Of a stretch of DNA of 64,000 nucleotides, positions 45,214 to 55,550 are shown one piece after another (position 1 is the stretch's first letter; each line of letters begins with the position of its first letter). Source of the stretch: a virus (taxonomy: Duplodnaviria; Caudoviricetes). Both the position numbers and the translations under genes were made by a program. Under the pieces are notes generated by a model, which was not told where the DNA came from, did not search any database, and saw nothing but the letters and a program-made list of their open reading frames with translations. The DNA is taken from the IMG/VR virus record IMGVR_UViG_2832220722_000003, positions 15,218 to 79,217 of that record; one strand, 5' to 3'.

Positions 45214-45555
45214 ATGATTACCCAGGAAACCGCCGCCCTCATATTCCATGCCTACCGCGAAATTGAAGCCGGACAGAAGCTGCTGGATGACATGAAGGCC
45301 ATTCGGAGCCGCGAAGGCCTGGACAGGCACGCGCCGACGATCAAGGACGCATTCGGCAGGCCGCAGCACCTGCAACTCGGCATCCCCTCGGGAGAGAACT
45401 CGCACCGCATCTTGGGCGTGTCCCCGTTCCTGGCCGAGTCCGTCATCCGCGCTCACATCGAGAACAAGCGCGCGGAACTCGCCGAGATTCAGGAGCGCGC
45501 CCGCATCGAACTGCAGGGGGATCGGCAGCCCCCAGCCGCTGGAGAGCCTGAATAA
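45214..45555 (+). CDS. Hypothetical phage protein
   Basis: GGAG SD; 113 aa. Confidence 0.65.
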   Translation: MITQETAALIFHAYREIEAGQKLLDDMKAIRSREGLDRHAPTIKDAFGRPQHLQLGIPSGENSHRILGVSPFLAESVIRAHIENKRAELAEIQERARIELQGDRQPPAAGEPE

Positions 45556-45618
45556 GCAATCCCGCCCCGATGCATCAACGCCCGCCGCGCGCGGGCTCTT
45601 TTTTTTGAAAGCCCCGAC

Positions 45619-46266
45619 ATGCCCCACATCCACCTGGCCGATGGCACCGTGCACTACCTCGATGCCCACAGCGCGGACCTGAACACCTACAACATCGAGA
45701 CGCTGGCGCACCACCTGGCGCTCATCAACCGCTTCACCGGAGCCACCTACCGGCCGTACAGCGTGGCAGAGCACAGCCTGTTGTGCGCCGACATCGCGGC
45801 CGCGCGCGGACTGCCCGTGGTGGCGCAGCTCGCATGCCTGATGCACGACGCCCATGAGGCCATCACCGGCGACGCCAGCACGCCCGTGAAATGGGCTCTG
45901 GGCGAGCCCTGGGAGAGATTCGAGGGGCCGCACGCACGCGCGCTGCGTGCCCACTTCGGACTGCGCACGGTGTTCTCCGGCTACGGCCGCGATATCAAGC
46001 TGGTGGACTACATCGCCCTGGCCACCGAGCGCCGCGACCTGCTGGGCTTCGACCCTGAGCGGCATGCGCCCTGGCCGCAGTTGGATACGCCGGGCCAGAT
46101 CGTCGAGCCTGCGGCCGGCAGCCTCAACGACTATCGGCGAGTGGGCGCCGCCTGGAGCCACTGGAAATCGCTCTTCTGCCATAGGTTTCACGACCTGCGC
46201 GCACAGATTCAGGCGGCCGATGCGCAATTCATCGTCGCGGCGACCGGCGAGTCGCGTGCGGCCTGA
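45619..46266 (+). CDS. HD-domain phosphohydrolase (YfdR-like)
   Basis: LAHHLALINRFTG…YSVAEHS…LMHDAHEA…ALATERRDL. Confidence 0.85.
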   Translation: MPHIHLADGTVHYLDAHSADLNTYNIETLAHHLALINRFTGATYRPYSVAEHSLLCADIAAARGLPVVAQLACLMHDAHEAITGDASTPVKWALGEPWERFEGPHARALRAHFGLRTVFSGYGRDIKLVDYIALATERRDLLGFDPERHAPWPQLDTPGQIVEPAAGSLNDYRRVGAAWSHWKSLFCHRFHDLRAQIQAADAQFIVAATGESRAA

Positions 46267-46380
46267 AAGTCGAACGATCAACCACAGCCCCGCGCGAGCG
46301 GGGCTTTCTGTTTCTGGAGAGTCTATGAACCAAACCCGCCTTGGCTCGTTGATCGAGGCCGTATTGAGGGCAGTGGCCAC

Positions 46381-47016
46381 ATGATCGCGGCGCTGTACGT
46401 TGAAGCCGGCGGTGCGTATTTCGGCCTGCCTGGCGTTGACCCATGGGACGAGGCGCGTGACGCGCGGAAGTACGCAGGCCCATGGCCCGTGGTGGCGCAC
46501 CCGCCATGCCAGCGCTGGGGCCGGTACTGGCACGGCGCGCCCCGCAAGCCACACCAGCATCGCCTGGGCGAAGACGGCGGCTGCTTCGCCGCGGCGCTGA
46601 CTGCAGTGCGCAACTACGGTGGCGTGATCGAGCACCCGAAGGACTCGCACGCGTGGCGCTATTTCGGCCTGACGCCCCCCCCGGCGGCCGGCGGATGGGT
46701 GCCAGCCGATGCCTTCGGCGGCTGGACGTGCTGCGTATGGCAAGGCCACTACGGCCATTTCGCGGGCAAGGGCACATGGCTCTACGCGGTGCCGAGCGAT
46801 CCGGCTCTGCTGCCCGCGCTGACCTGGGGCCAGAGCGACAGCGGACCGACGCCCGAGATGATCGAGCGCTACGGCTACGCGAAGGCGCGACGAGTCGGGC
46901 GCATGGCCCTGGTCGGCGGCAAGGACAAGACCCGTATCCGCAACGCCACACCGCCCGAGTTCCGGGACCTACTGATCGGCATCGCCCGCAGCGCCGCGCG
47001 CGAGCACGTCACATGA
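46381..47016 (+). CDS. Compact C5-cytosine-methyltransferase-like protein
   Basis: VVAHPPCQ (motif IV-like) and VIEHP (motif VI-like). Confidence 0.55.
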   Translation: MIAALYVEAGGAYFGLPGVDPWDEARDARKYAGPWPVVAHPPCQRWGRYWHGAPRKPHQHRLGEDGGCFAAALTAVRNYGGVIEHPKDSHAWRYFGLTPPPAAGGWVPADAFGGWTCCVWQGHYGHFAGKGTWLYAVPSDPALLPALTWGQSDSGPTPEMIERYGYAKARRVGRMALVGGKDKTRIRNATPPEFRDLLIGIARSAAREHVT

Positions 47017-47093
47017 CCGCCCCGCCCGACTGGCACGCCGCAGATAACAACCCCGAGCCCCGCCCGCGCGGGGTTTTTTCATTGGAGGGCCAC

Positions 47094-48164
47094 ATGGCCG
47101 AGAGCACGAAGATCGAATGGGCGGATCACACATTCAACCCCTGGGAAGGTTGCCAGAAGGTAGGACCAGGCTGCGACAACTGCTATGCCGAGAACCGCAA
47201 TGCCCGCTTTGCCGGCGGCCAGGCAATCAACTGGGGACCGGGCGCACCGCGGCGCCGCACGAGCGCCAGCAACTGGAACAAGCCCCTCGCCTGGAACAAG
47301 AATGCCGATGCCTTCATGGCCGCCCACGGCCGGCGCCAGCGTGTTTTCTGCGCAAGCCTGGCGGATGTGTTCGACAACGCGGTGGATCCGCGGTGGCGTG
47401 CGGACCTGTTCGCGCTCATCCTGGCCACGCCGGCATTGGACTGGCTGCTGTTGACGAAGCGCATTGGCAACGTGGTGCCGATGCTGGCCGAATTGCGCCA
47501 CGGCAACGACCCCGACCTGCCTGTGCTGGACATGATGCCGCTGCCCAATGTGTGGATCGGCGTCACCATCGTGAACCAGGAAGAAGCCGACAGAGACATC
47601 ACCAAGCTGATCGAGGTGCCTGCCGCCAAGCGCTTCCTGTCGGTTGAGCCCATGCTGGGCGAGTTGGACATCATGAAGTGGCTGCAGCCGTACACATGCG
47701 CCGATTGCGGCCACCACGGCAGCGTCAACGACTGCGGACCGGATGGCTGCAAAAAGTGCAGCGAGGAAGCCGCCTTCGATAGCGGCTACACATGCAAGGC
47801 ATGCGGCGCTGATGACCAATCGGCAAGGGCGTCGTGTCCGAACTGCGGTAGCCATCGCTCCTACGAGGAAGATAACGGCTTCATCTGGTCAAGCGAGCAG
47901 CGGCTGATTGACTGGGTGATTTGCGGCGGCGAGAGCGGTCCCGGCGCGCGGCCCATGAGCCCCGACTGGGCGCGCTGTCTCCGCGACCAATGCCAAGCAG
48001 CTGGCACGCCCTTTCTCTTCAAGCAATGGGGAGAGTGGCTGCCCGACAACCAGAACCCAGCGATTGCCGGCCCGTCCGGCGACACGCAGGGTATTCGGGT
48101 CGGCAAGAAGGCGGCCGGCCGCCTGCTCGATAGCCGCACCTGGGATGAATTCCCGGCGCTATGA
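47094..48164 (+). CDS. Phage Gp37/Gp68 (DUF5131) family protein with Cys-rich insertion
   Basis: TKIEWADHTFNPWEGCQKVGPGCDNCYAE; LLTKR; DWVICGGESG; FKQWG. Confidence 0.9.
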   Translation: MAESTKIEWADHTFNPWEGCQKVGPGCDNCYAENRNARFAGGQAINWGPGAPRRRTSASNWNKPLAWNKNADAFMAAHGRRQRVFCASLADVFDNAVDPRWRADLFALILATPALDWLLLTKRIGNVVPMLAELRHGNDPDLPVLDMMPLPNVWIGVTIVNQEEADRDITKLIEVPAAKRFLSVEPMLGELDIMKWLQPYTCADCGHHGSVNDCGPDGCKKCSEEAAFDSGYTCKACGADDQSARASCPNCGSHRSYEEDNGFIWSSEQRLIDWVICGGESGPGARPMSPDWARCLRDQCQAAGTPFLFKQWGEWLPDNQNPAIAGPSGDTQGIRVGKKAAGRLLDSRTWDEFPAL

Positions 48165-48406
48165 GCGTCACCTACAGCACGGTAGACCTGGCCGAAGACC
48201 GGGCCTACCTGTCCCACCACTTCAACTGCCCCACATGCTGCGCCGCTGGGCGAACCCAGGGACGCATTGCGCGCTGCCCGGATGGGCAAGCGCTGTGGGA
48301 CGCCTACGAGGCGGCCGTTCTCGCCCGCGATCAAGCCGAGCGCGAGGCGCATGTGGCGCGCCTGAAATCCCTGAATACCCCGAATCGAAAGGGACCACAC
48401 CAATGA
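48161..48406 (+). CDS. Small Zn-finger-like protein
   Basis: HHFNCPTC…RCPDGQALW. Confidence 0.65.
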   Translation: MSVTYSTVDLAEDRAYLSHHFNCPTCCAAGRTQGRIARCPDGQALWDAYEAAVLARDQAEREAHVARLKSLNTPNRKGPHQ

Positions 48407-48666
48407 CTACCAGCCCCACCATGAGCCTGGTCGAAGCAGCCGACACGCTCAAGATGCACCCCCACACCCTGGAGAAACTGATCCGCGCGGGCGAAATAGC
48501 GGCAGGCAAGCCCGGCCGCTCCTACGTGCTGCTGACGCGCGACGTGCTGGCCTACGCCGAGAAGATCATCCTGCGGGACACAGCCGACCGCATCCGCGCG
48601 GCGCGGGCGGCATCACCACAGCGCGGCCGAAAGATCGCTACCCCGCAGGTTCGCGTAGCGCATTAG
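48403..48666 (+). CDS. xis: Excisionase-like HTH protein
   Basis: MSLVEAADTLKMHPHTLEKLIRAGEIAAGKPGRSY; adjacent to integrase. Confidence 0.75.
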   Translation: MTTSPTMSLVEAADTLKMHPHTLEKLIRAGEIAAGKPGRSYVLLTRDVLAYAEKIILRDTADRIRAARAASPQRGRKIATPQVRVAH

Positions 48667-49746
48667 CATGCGCTGACTCTTGTGGCCCGTGATTTTCATG
48701 ATCTGAGTTTCCGAGAGCTTCGTGCGCTCAAACAGGCGGCTTGTGGCCTCGTGCCGCAGGTCGTGAAACTTCAAGTCCTTGCACTTGGCGACATCAAAAA
48801 TGCCTGGGTTGCGGTTGTTGTGGAACAACTTGCTCAGGTAGTCGCTGGTTTCGGCCCGGTCTTCTTCTTCCCCGCTCCACCATGGGAACAGCAGCGCAGC
48901 AGGGTCAGGCGCAGGCCCGTGCGCGGCCGCGATGTAGCTTTTCAGCTCCGCGATGGCCACGGTGGTCAGCGGCACCTGCCGCTTGTCCCCGTTCTTGGTC
49001 CTGTCCAGGAACACCGTTTTCTTGGCGAGATCCACCTGCCCCAGCGTCAGCGTGAACATTTCGCTCAGGCGCATGGCCGACTCCAGCGCCAGCATGTACA
49101 GGCAGCGCACCGCGGCAACGTGCTCTAGCTTGCGCTCGCGCTGCTTGCGCGGCAACACGCCAGCCTCGATCACCCCCAACACCTTCTCGTGCTCTCCCGG
49201 CTCCAGCCGCCGATCCCGCTCGATGTCCTCGCGCTTCACGCCGGCATGGGCCTCGTCCGTCTTGGTGTACTGCGCGTAGCCATCGGGCAGCGTGCGCAAT
49301 GGATGGTCCGGCATCACCAGATAGCCCTTGCGCATGCCCCAGTCGGTGCAGCGCGCCAGCGCCCCTACCCTTTGGCGGATCGTGGCCGGCGCCAATTTCT
49401 CCACGCGCTTCATTTCCGAGATCCACTCGTCCACCCAGGCGGACGTGATGGCCGTCAGCGGATGCCCGCCATGGACTTTCAGCACCACCCCCAGCGCCCC
49501 CTGGTCCTTTGCCGATGGGTGGGCGTCCTGCTCGTACAGGCGCACCAACTGCTGGATGTTCAGCGGCTTGTCTGGCGCGCGCAATTCTGTGGGCACGATG
49601 CCGCGCGACAGCAGGGCGTCCAGGCGGGCTGCGTACTCGTCGCCCTCCTGTTCGCTGGAGAACGTCATGTAGAGGGGCTTGTCCAGCACCCCCGCCTTTT
49701 TGAAGACGTACTCCCAGCCGTTCGCCCGCTTTCTCTTGCCAGCCAC
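48613..49746 (-). CDS. int: Prophage tyrosine integrase
   Basis: AMRLSE, TKNG, FHDLRHEA, TGH…RY. Confidence 0.95.
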   Translation of the reverse strand: MAGKRKRANGWEYVFKKAGVLDKPLYMTFSSEQEGDEYAARLDALLSRGIVPTELRAPDKPLNIQQLVRLYEQDAHPSAKDQGALGVVLKVHGGHPLTAITSAWVDEWISEMKRVEKLAPATIRQRVGALARCTDWGMRKGYLVMPDHPLRTLPDGYAQYTKTDEAHAGVKREDIERDRRLEPGEHEKVLGVIEAGVLPRKQRERKLEHVAAVRCLYMLALESAMRLSEMFTLTLGQVDLAKKTVFLDRTKNGDKRQVPLTTVAIAELKSYIAAAHGPAPDPAALLFPWWSGEEEDRAETSDYLSKLFHNNRNPGIFDVAKCKDLKFHDLRHEATSRLFERTKLSETQIMKITGHKSQRMLMRYANLRGSDLSAALW

Positions 49747-49923
49747 TTGAGCCCTTCCGTTCCTCTTGCAGCCCCAATTCTACGCCGTTTGCGGCAATAG
49801 TACGGGTGGCAAGCGGCGTTTTCTGGTTGGAAGGGGCGTCTTTTGGCGTCCCTTCCGGCTGGCAAGCAGGTAAAGAAAAAGGGCCTAGATTCCTCTAAGC
49901 CCTTGATTTTATTGGGGAGTTTG

Positions 49924-49999
49924 TGGTGGGTGCTAACGGGGTCGAACCGCTGACCTACGCCTTGTAAGGGCGCCGCTCTACCAACTGAGCTAAGCACCC
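49924..49999 (-). tRNA. tRNA-Val(TAC), prophage attachment site
   Basis: GGGTGCTTAGCTCAGTTGGTAGAGC…CTTACAA…GGTTCGACCC…CACCCACCA. Confidence 0.95.
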
Positions 50000-50013
50000 C
50001 CCATATCTCACAA

Positions 50014-50286
50014 TCAGTTCAGGGCGTCCTTCAACGCCTTGCCTGGACGGAACTTCGGCACTTTAGCAGCCTTGATTTTAATCGTGGCGCCCGTGCGGGG
50101 ATTGCGGCCGGTACGGGCGGCACGCTTGCCGACAGCGAAGGTCCCGAAACCGACCAGCGACACCGTCCCACCCTTCTTCAAGGTCTTCTTGACCGCGTCG
50201 ATCGTGGACTCCAGAGCACGCGTAGCAGCGGCCTTGGAGATATCTGCTTGGGAAGCAATGTGCTCTATCAATTCGGATTTGTTCAC
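50014..50286 (-). CDS. hupB: DNA-binding protein HU
   Basis: [10 protein letters not shown]…GFGTF…RTGRNPRTG. Confidence 0.95.
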   Translation of the reverse strand: MNKSELIEHIASQADISKAAATRALESTIDAVKKTLKKGGTVSLVGFGTFAVGKRAARTGRNPRTGATIKIKAAKVPKFRPGKALKDALN

Positions 50287-50630
50287 AGGAAGCCCCTCGG
50301 GAAAAGAGTGGATGAATGTCTTATGCAAATCTGATCTTCAATGCCTTGCGCCAGTGACCGTGGGCCAATGGCGGCTAGCGCATGAAAATACTGGAACAGC
50401 AGCAGAAATTGCCGTCGCAGATTAAAACCATCGCCCTGCAGGGTGTCAACAAAGACGTACCGCCGCAGCGACAGCATGGCTGCGGATTCTAGTCGCATTT
50501 GCACGGTGCTCCGGGGCTCTTCCGCCTGTTTTGTCTCGCAAACGCCGGCGCTAGGCGGATTCCGTATTGACAAACGACACCAGGGACGCCTTTTCGGCCC
50601 GGCCGTGTCGCAACGGCGCCTCAGGCGAGG

Positions 50631-51200
50631 CTATTTGGCGACGCGGGCACGTATCTCCGGCAGGGCCTTTTGCAGGTAGTACACCATGGACCACACGGTC
50701 AGCACGGCCGCGAGCCAGATGAGCCAAGTGCCCCATACGCCAGTATCGATGATGTCGAACAATCGTCCATCGTAGAGCAGGAAAGGAATTGCAACCATCT
50801 GCACCGTGGTCTTGAGCTTGCCCAGCATGTGCACGGCCACGCTTTTGCTCGCGCCGATCTGCGCCATCCACTCGCGCAACGCGCTGATGGCGATCTCGCG
50901 GCCGATGATGATGAGGGCCACGAAGACGTCGGCGCGCTGCATGTGCACCAACACCAGCAGCGATGCGCAGACGAGGAATTTGTCCGCCACCGGATCAAGG
51001 AAGGCGCCGAAGGCGGACGTCTGGTTGAGCTTGCGCGCGAGAAAGCCATCAAGCCAGTCGGTAGCGGCGAACACCACGAACATCGCCGTGGCGATGAGAT
51101 TGCGCGTGGCCGGCTCCATCGGCGCATAGAACACGCCCACGATCAAGGGTATCGCGACGATGCGCGTCCAGGTCATGACCGTGGGAATGGTGAAAAACAT
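50631..51200 (-). CDS. pgsA: CDP-diacylglycerol--glycerol-3-phosphate 3-phosphatidyltransferase
   Basis: TDWLDGFLARK…GAFLDPVADK; follows uvrC. Confidence 0.95.
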   Translation of the reverse strand: MFFTIPTVMTWTRIVAIPLIVGVFYAPMEPATRNLIATAMFVVFAATDWLDGFLARKLNQTSAFGAFLDPVADKFLVCASLLVLVHMQRADVFVALIIIGREIAISALREWMAQIGASKSVAVHMLGKLKTTVQMVAIPFLLYDGRLFDIIDTGVWGTWLIWLAAVLTVWSMVYYLQKALPEIRARVAK

Positions 51201-51247
51201 GAGGAGCGATTGTGTCATGCATCGCGATGCTCCACCGCGGCGGCAAC

Positions 51248-53206
51248 TCAGCGCAAGGCGCGGTAGATTTCCTCGGCTAGGCCATGGGAGATGCCTTCCA
51301 CCGTCGCCAGGTCTTCCACGCTCGCGTCGGCCACGCCGCGCACGCCGCCGAAGCGCTGCAGCAGGCGCGCGCGCTTCTTGGGCCCCACCCCGGGAATGTC
51401 CTCCAGCCGGCTGCCGCCCGTGCGCGCCCTGGCGCGGGCCGCGCGCATGCCGGTGATGGCGAAGCGGTGCGCCTCGTCGCGGATCTGGGCCACGAGCATC
51501 AGCGCCGCCGAGTCGCGGCCGAGATAGACCTTCTCGCGCCCGTCGGCGAACACCAGTTCCTCCAGGCCCACCTTGCGCCCCTCGCCCTTTTCCACGCCCA
51601 CGATGCGCGAGACGTCCAGCCCCAGCTCCGTGAACACCTCGCGCGCCATGCTCACCTGTCCCTTGCCGCCGTCGACCAGCACCAGGTCGGGCAGGCGCGC
51701 ACGCTTGTCGGACACCTCGGCGCCGCCTGCCTCGCGCTGCGCCTCGGCCACCTTGCTGTAGCGCCGCGTCAACACCTGGCGCATGGCGGCGTAGTCGTCC
51801 CCGCCGGTGATGCCGTCGATCTTGAAGCGGCGGTATTCGCTGCCCTGCATCTTGTGGTGATGGAACACCACGCACGAGGCCTGCGTGGCCTCGCCTGCGG
51901 TATGCGAGATGTCGAAACACTCGATCGTGAACCGATCCAGGTCCTCGGCGTCCAGGTCCAGCGCCTCGGCCAGGGCGCGCGTGCGCGCCTGCTGCGAGCC
52001 TTCCTCGGCCAGCAGCCGGGCCAGCTGGATCTCGGCATTCTGTTGCGCCATCTCCAGCCACGCGCGGCGCTGCTCGCGCGGCTGGCGCACCGCGGTCACG
52101 CGCACGCCGCTCTGCTCCGACAAGGCCTCCAGCAGCCGCTGCTCCGCCGGCAGGCTGGTGATCAGCGTGGGCGGCACGGGCACGCCCAGGTAGTGCTGGG
52201 CCATGAAGGCTTCGAGCACCTGCGCCTCCACGGGGCAATCGGGCTGCGCCGCTCCTGCGCCCTCTTCCTGATCCTCCAACTGGAACACGCCCGCGGCGTC
52301 TTCGACATGCACGGGAAAATAGGCCCTGTCCCCCAGGTGGCGGCCGCCGCGCACCATGGCCAGGTTCACGCAGGCGCGCCCGCCTGCCACCTTCACGGCG
52401 AGGATGTCCACGTCCTTGTCCGAGACGCTCTCCACGGCCTGCTGGTGCAGCACGCGCGACAGCGCCGTGATCTGGTTGCGCACCTCGGCCGCCAGCTCGA
52501 ACTCCAGCCGCTCGGAGTGCGCCAGCATGCGCCGCTCCAACTCCTGGAGCAGTTCCTGCGTTTCGCCGCGCAGCAGGGCCTCGGCGCTGCGCACGTCGCC
52601 GGCGTAGCCCTCGGGCGAAATCAGCCCCACGCAGGGCGCCGTGCAGCGCTTGATCTGGTAGAGCAGGCAGGGGCGCGTGCGATTGGCGAACACCGTGTCC
52701 TCGCAGGTGCGCAGGCGAAACACCTTCTGCAACAGCTGGATGGTCTCCTTGACTGCCCAGGCTCCCGGATAGGGGCCGAAGTAGCGGTGGCGCTTGTCCA
52801 CCGATCCCCGGTAATACGCGATACGCGGATAGCGCTGGCCCGGCGCGTCGCCCTCGCCGTCCTTTTCGGCCACGCCGGTGATCTTGAGATAGGGGTAGCT
52901 CTTGTCGTCGCGAAACAGGATGTTGTACTTGGGGCCGAGCGACTTGATGAGGTTGTTTTCCAGCAGCAGCGCCTCGGCCTCGGAGCGCACCACCGTCGTT
53001 TCCAGGCGCGCTATCTTGCCCACCATGTGGCCGATGCGCGTGCCGCCATGCTGCTTGGCGAAGTAGCTGCTGACGCGCTTTTTCAGGTTGCGGGCCTTGC
53101 CCACGTACAGCAGCACGCCCTGCGCGTCGAAATAGCGGTACACCCCGGGCAGCGGAGGCAGGGCCGCCACCTGAGCGAGCAGTTCATCGGAGTGCGTTGC
53201 GGACAT
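51248..53206 (-). CDS. uvrC: Excinuclease ABC subunit C
   Basis: PGVYRY…[33 protein letters not shown], HhH. Confidence 0.97.
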   Translation of the reverse strand: MSATHSDELLAQVAALPPLPGVYRYFDAQGVLLYVGKARNLKKRVSSYFAKQHGGTRIGHMVGKIARLETTVVRSEAEALLLENNLIKSLGPKYNILFRDDKSYPYLKITGVAEKDGEGDAPGQRYPRIAYYRGSVDKRHRYFGPYPGAWAVKETIQLLQKVFRLRTCEDTVFANRTRPCLLYQIKRCTAPCVGLISPEGYAGDVRSAEALLRGETQELLQELERRMLAHSERLEFELAAEVRNQITALSRVLHQQAVESVSDKDVDILAVKVAGGRACVNLAMVRGGRHLGDRAYFPVHVEDAAGVFQLEDQEEGAGAAQPDCPVEAQVLEAFMAQHYLGVPVPPTLITSLPAEQRLLEALSEQSGVRVTAVRQPREQRRAWLEMAQQNAEIQLARLLAEEGSQQARTRALAEALDLDAEDLDRFTIECFDISHTAGEATQASCVVFHHHKMQGSEYRRFKIDGITGGDDYAAMRQVLTRRYSKVAEAQREAGGAEVSDKRARLPDLVLVDGGKGQVSMAREVFTELGLDVSRIVGVEKGEGRKVGLEELVFADGREKVYLGRDSAALMLVAQIRDEAHRFAITGMRAARARARTGGSRLEDIPGVGPKKRARLLQRFGGVRGVADASVEDLATVEGISHGLAEEIYRALR

Positions 53207-53330
53207 GGCGCTATTGTGGGCGTGGCAACAGTCCGTCGAGGGCGGAGCAGGCAGGCCCCGCGCTACCAGCCAAGAAGCGAGGCCTGCCCTGGTGCGGCAG
53301 CCGGTGCCGCCGCGCCACCGTGAATGCGGA

Positions 53331-53960
53331 TCAATGCAGGTGGCGCGGGCGGCGGCCGCCGCCATGGCCGCTGCCGCCCTGCCCGCCAAGGCCGCGCGGA
53401 GGCTTGCCGATCTCCAGCGAGTTCACCAGCGCGTCGAACCGCTGCGAGAACAGCTTGTCGATCTCCGAAACCACCCCTCCCAGCTGCGAGCCGTCGAAGT
53501 GGCGCTCCATGAGGTTGATCACGTCCTGCACCAGCAGGTCGCGCTGCACCTGCATGATGGCCGCGGGCGTGGGCCCCACGAACAGCATCACGAAATCGTC
53601 GCGCGCGTCCTCGTCCTCGGGCGCCTCTTCCTCATCGAACTCGGTGTCGTAGAAGGTCACCTCGATGGCCGCGCCCTGCTCGGCCAGCTCGTTGAGGCTC
53701 ATGCACATCTCATCGAGCGACTGGCGGAAATCCTCATCCCCGCTCACCGTCCAGCACATCTGGAGCACATGCTCCTTGGCGTCGAACTGGATGCCCGGCT
53801 CCTCCTCGTAGGCGCTGGCCGCGCCATCGGCAAGCGAGCGCGCCCCGGCGTATTTCCACAGCGGCTTGAGCGCCTCCTGGATCTGGTTGAAGTCCACATC
53901 GGCCCGCAGCTGCACCTGGCCGTGGACATGGATTTCAAAAGGAGCAGTGTAATGTGACAT
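53331..53960 (-). CDS. Conserved acidic hypothetical protein
   Basis: 209 aa with strong host codon bias. Confidence 0.8.
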   Translation of the reverse strand: MSHYTAPFEIHVHGQVQLRADVDFNQIQEALKPLWKYAGARSLADGAASAYEEEPGIQFDAKEHVLQMCWTVSGDEDFRQSLDEMCMSLNELAEQGAAIEVTFYDTEFDEEEAPEDEDARDDFVMLFVGPTPAAIMQVQRDLLVQDVINLMERHFDGSQLGGVVSEIDKLFSQRFDALVNSLEIGKPPRGLGGQGGSGHGGGRRPRHLH

Positions 53961-53972
53961 ATCGAATCTTCA

Positions 53973-54032
53973 TGGTGCCCCGAGCCGGGGTCGAACCGGC
54001 ACGCCCCTTTGCAGGAAGCGGCGGATTTTAAG
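53973..54032 (-). pseudogene. 3' half of tRNA-Leu(TAA); att site of the adjacent island
   Basis: CTTAAAATCCGCC, long variable arm, GGTTCGACCCC, ACCA; the 5' half is absent. Confidence 0.85.
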
Positions 54033-54208
54033 CCAGAGCATGACATCCGCGCCGGGTTAACGCTAGGCTTGGATGAGGCTTGCTGTGGCAGGTTTTCCCC
54101 GAGGCCAATGACTCCCATCATATCCCGGTGCGCGATGCAATCCGCCCCGGTTCCCTTACGCTTGGCTCCTAGCCGGCCCCTGGAATCGGAGCCTTTCAGG
54201 AGCACCTC

Positions 54209-55411
54209 ATGGCGAAGATCAAACTCACAAAGTCCGTCGTTGACACGGCGCAGGCGCAGACCTGCGACGTGGAACTCCGGGATACGCTCGTTCCGGGCTT
54301 CTTGTGCAAGGTTACACCAACCGGGCGCAAGGTATTCATGGTTCAGTACCGCACAAACTCCGGCGTGCGGCGCAAGCCGGCACTCGGCCAATTCGGCGAG
54401 CTGACGGTCGAACAAGCACGATCGCTGGCGCAAGACTGGCTGGCCGAAGTCCGGCGCGGCGGCGACCCTGGCCACGACAAGGCCGAAGCCCGCAAGGCGC
54501 CGACGGTCAAGGAACTGTGCGGCCGGTTCATGGACGACCACTCCAAGCCGCACAACAAGCCCAGCACGCAGGCCGGCTACCAGTACCAGATCGACAGCTT
54601 TGTCATCCCGGCCTTCGGTAGCAAGAAGGTTCACGAGGTCACGCGCCACGACATCACCGCGCTGATGAAGCGCATGGAGAAGTCACCCACCCAGGCCAAC
54701 CGCGTGCTGTCGCTCGTCCGAAAGATGTTCAACCTTGCCGAACTGTGGGGCTATCGGCCCGATGGCTCCAATCCCTGCCGCCACGTGCCCAAGTACCCGG
54801 AAAAAGGCTCGACCCGGCTCATCACCGACGAACAGATGGCCAGCCTGTTCGCCTACTTGGACAAGGCCGAGGCCGAGGGACTGGAACACCCGATCTATCT
54901 GCTGGCCGTCCGGCTGCAATTCGAGTTCGCGGCCCGAATGTCGGAGATCCTGCTGTTGCAGTGGGATTGGCTCGACTTGCCCAATGGCCGGGTTGTCTGG
55001 CCGGACAGCAAGACGGGCGATATGTCCAAGCCGTTGAGCGAGGAAGTCCGCCAGCTACTGACGAACGCGCCTCGCTATGACCAGTCGCCCTACGTCTGCC
55101 CGGCTATCCTCGACCATGACAAGCCACTCGGCCCCCATTCTTACTATCAGGCGTGGCGGCGCATCCTTGATCGCGCCGGAGTACCGAAGGTCGGCACCCA
55201 CGGTATCCGCCACCGCTCAGCGACCGACATTGCCAATTCCGGTATCCCCGTCAAGGTCGGCATGGCGCTGACCGCGCACAAGACCGTGGCGATGTTCATG
55301 CGCTACGTCCACACCGAGGACGACCCGGTGCGTAAGGCGGCCGAGTTGGTGGCGAGCCGGCGCAAGTCGGTCGTCAGCACGCGCCAAGAACCGAAAGAGG
55401 TAACCACATGA
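54209..55411 (+). CDS. int: Tyrosine integrase with arm-binding domain
   Basis: KLTKSVVD…LRDTLVPGF; ARMSE, SKTG, HGIRH, TAH…RY. Confidence 0.93.
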   Translation: MAKIKLTKSVVDTAQAQTCDVELRDTLVPGFLCKVTPTGRKVFMVQYRTNSGVRRKPALGQFGELTVEQARSLAQDWLAEVRRGGDPGHDKAEARKAPTVKELCGRFMDDHSKPHNKPSTQAGYQYQIDSFVIPAFGSKKVHEVTRHDITALMKRMEKSPTQANRVLSLVRKMFNLAELWGYRPDGSNPCRHVPKYPEKGSTRLITDEQMASLFAYLDKAEAEGLEHPIYLLAVRLQFEFAARMSEILLLQWDWLDLPNGRVVWPDSKTGDMSKPLSEEVRQLLTNAPRYDQSPYVCPAILDHDKPLGPHSYYQAWRRILDRAGVPKVGTHGIRHRSATDIANSGIPVKVGMALTAHKTVAMFMRYVHTEDDPVRKAAELVASRRKSVVSTRQEPKEVTT

Positions 55412-55550
55412 TCAGTAACCAGAAACTCGCCATGGCGCCCCTGATTGCCGTGTCGCCGTCAAGCCAATCGGCTCGGCTGCCCTCCCCGCCCGTACATCGC
55501 GCTGGCGACTGGAAAAGTGTGCCCGTTTCGGGTATAGTTTGGAGGTCAAG

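Larger units (their letters stand above)
1..49923. mobile_element. Temperate prophage (podovirus-like head genes, lambdoid immunity region) integrated at tRNA-Val; left end outside window
   Basis: Terminase/portal/scaffold/capsid cluster, cI/cro/cII, replication genes, and xis plus tyrosine integrase adjacent to the 3' end of tRNA-Val. Confidence 0.95.

Noticed and set aside
45169-46758. 529-aa minus-strand ORF
   Set aside because: Antisense to three well-formed plus-strand genes; no motifs
50631-52238. 535-aa ORF as a fused pgsA
   Set aside because: The upstream part overlaps uvrC in another frame; the real start is 51200
53973-54032. Intact tRNA-Leu
   Set aside because: 5' half missing; treated as an att remnant
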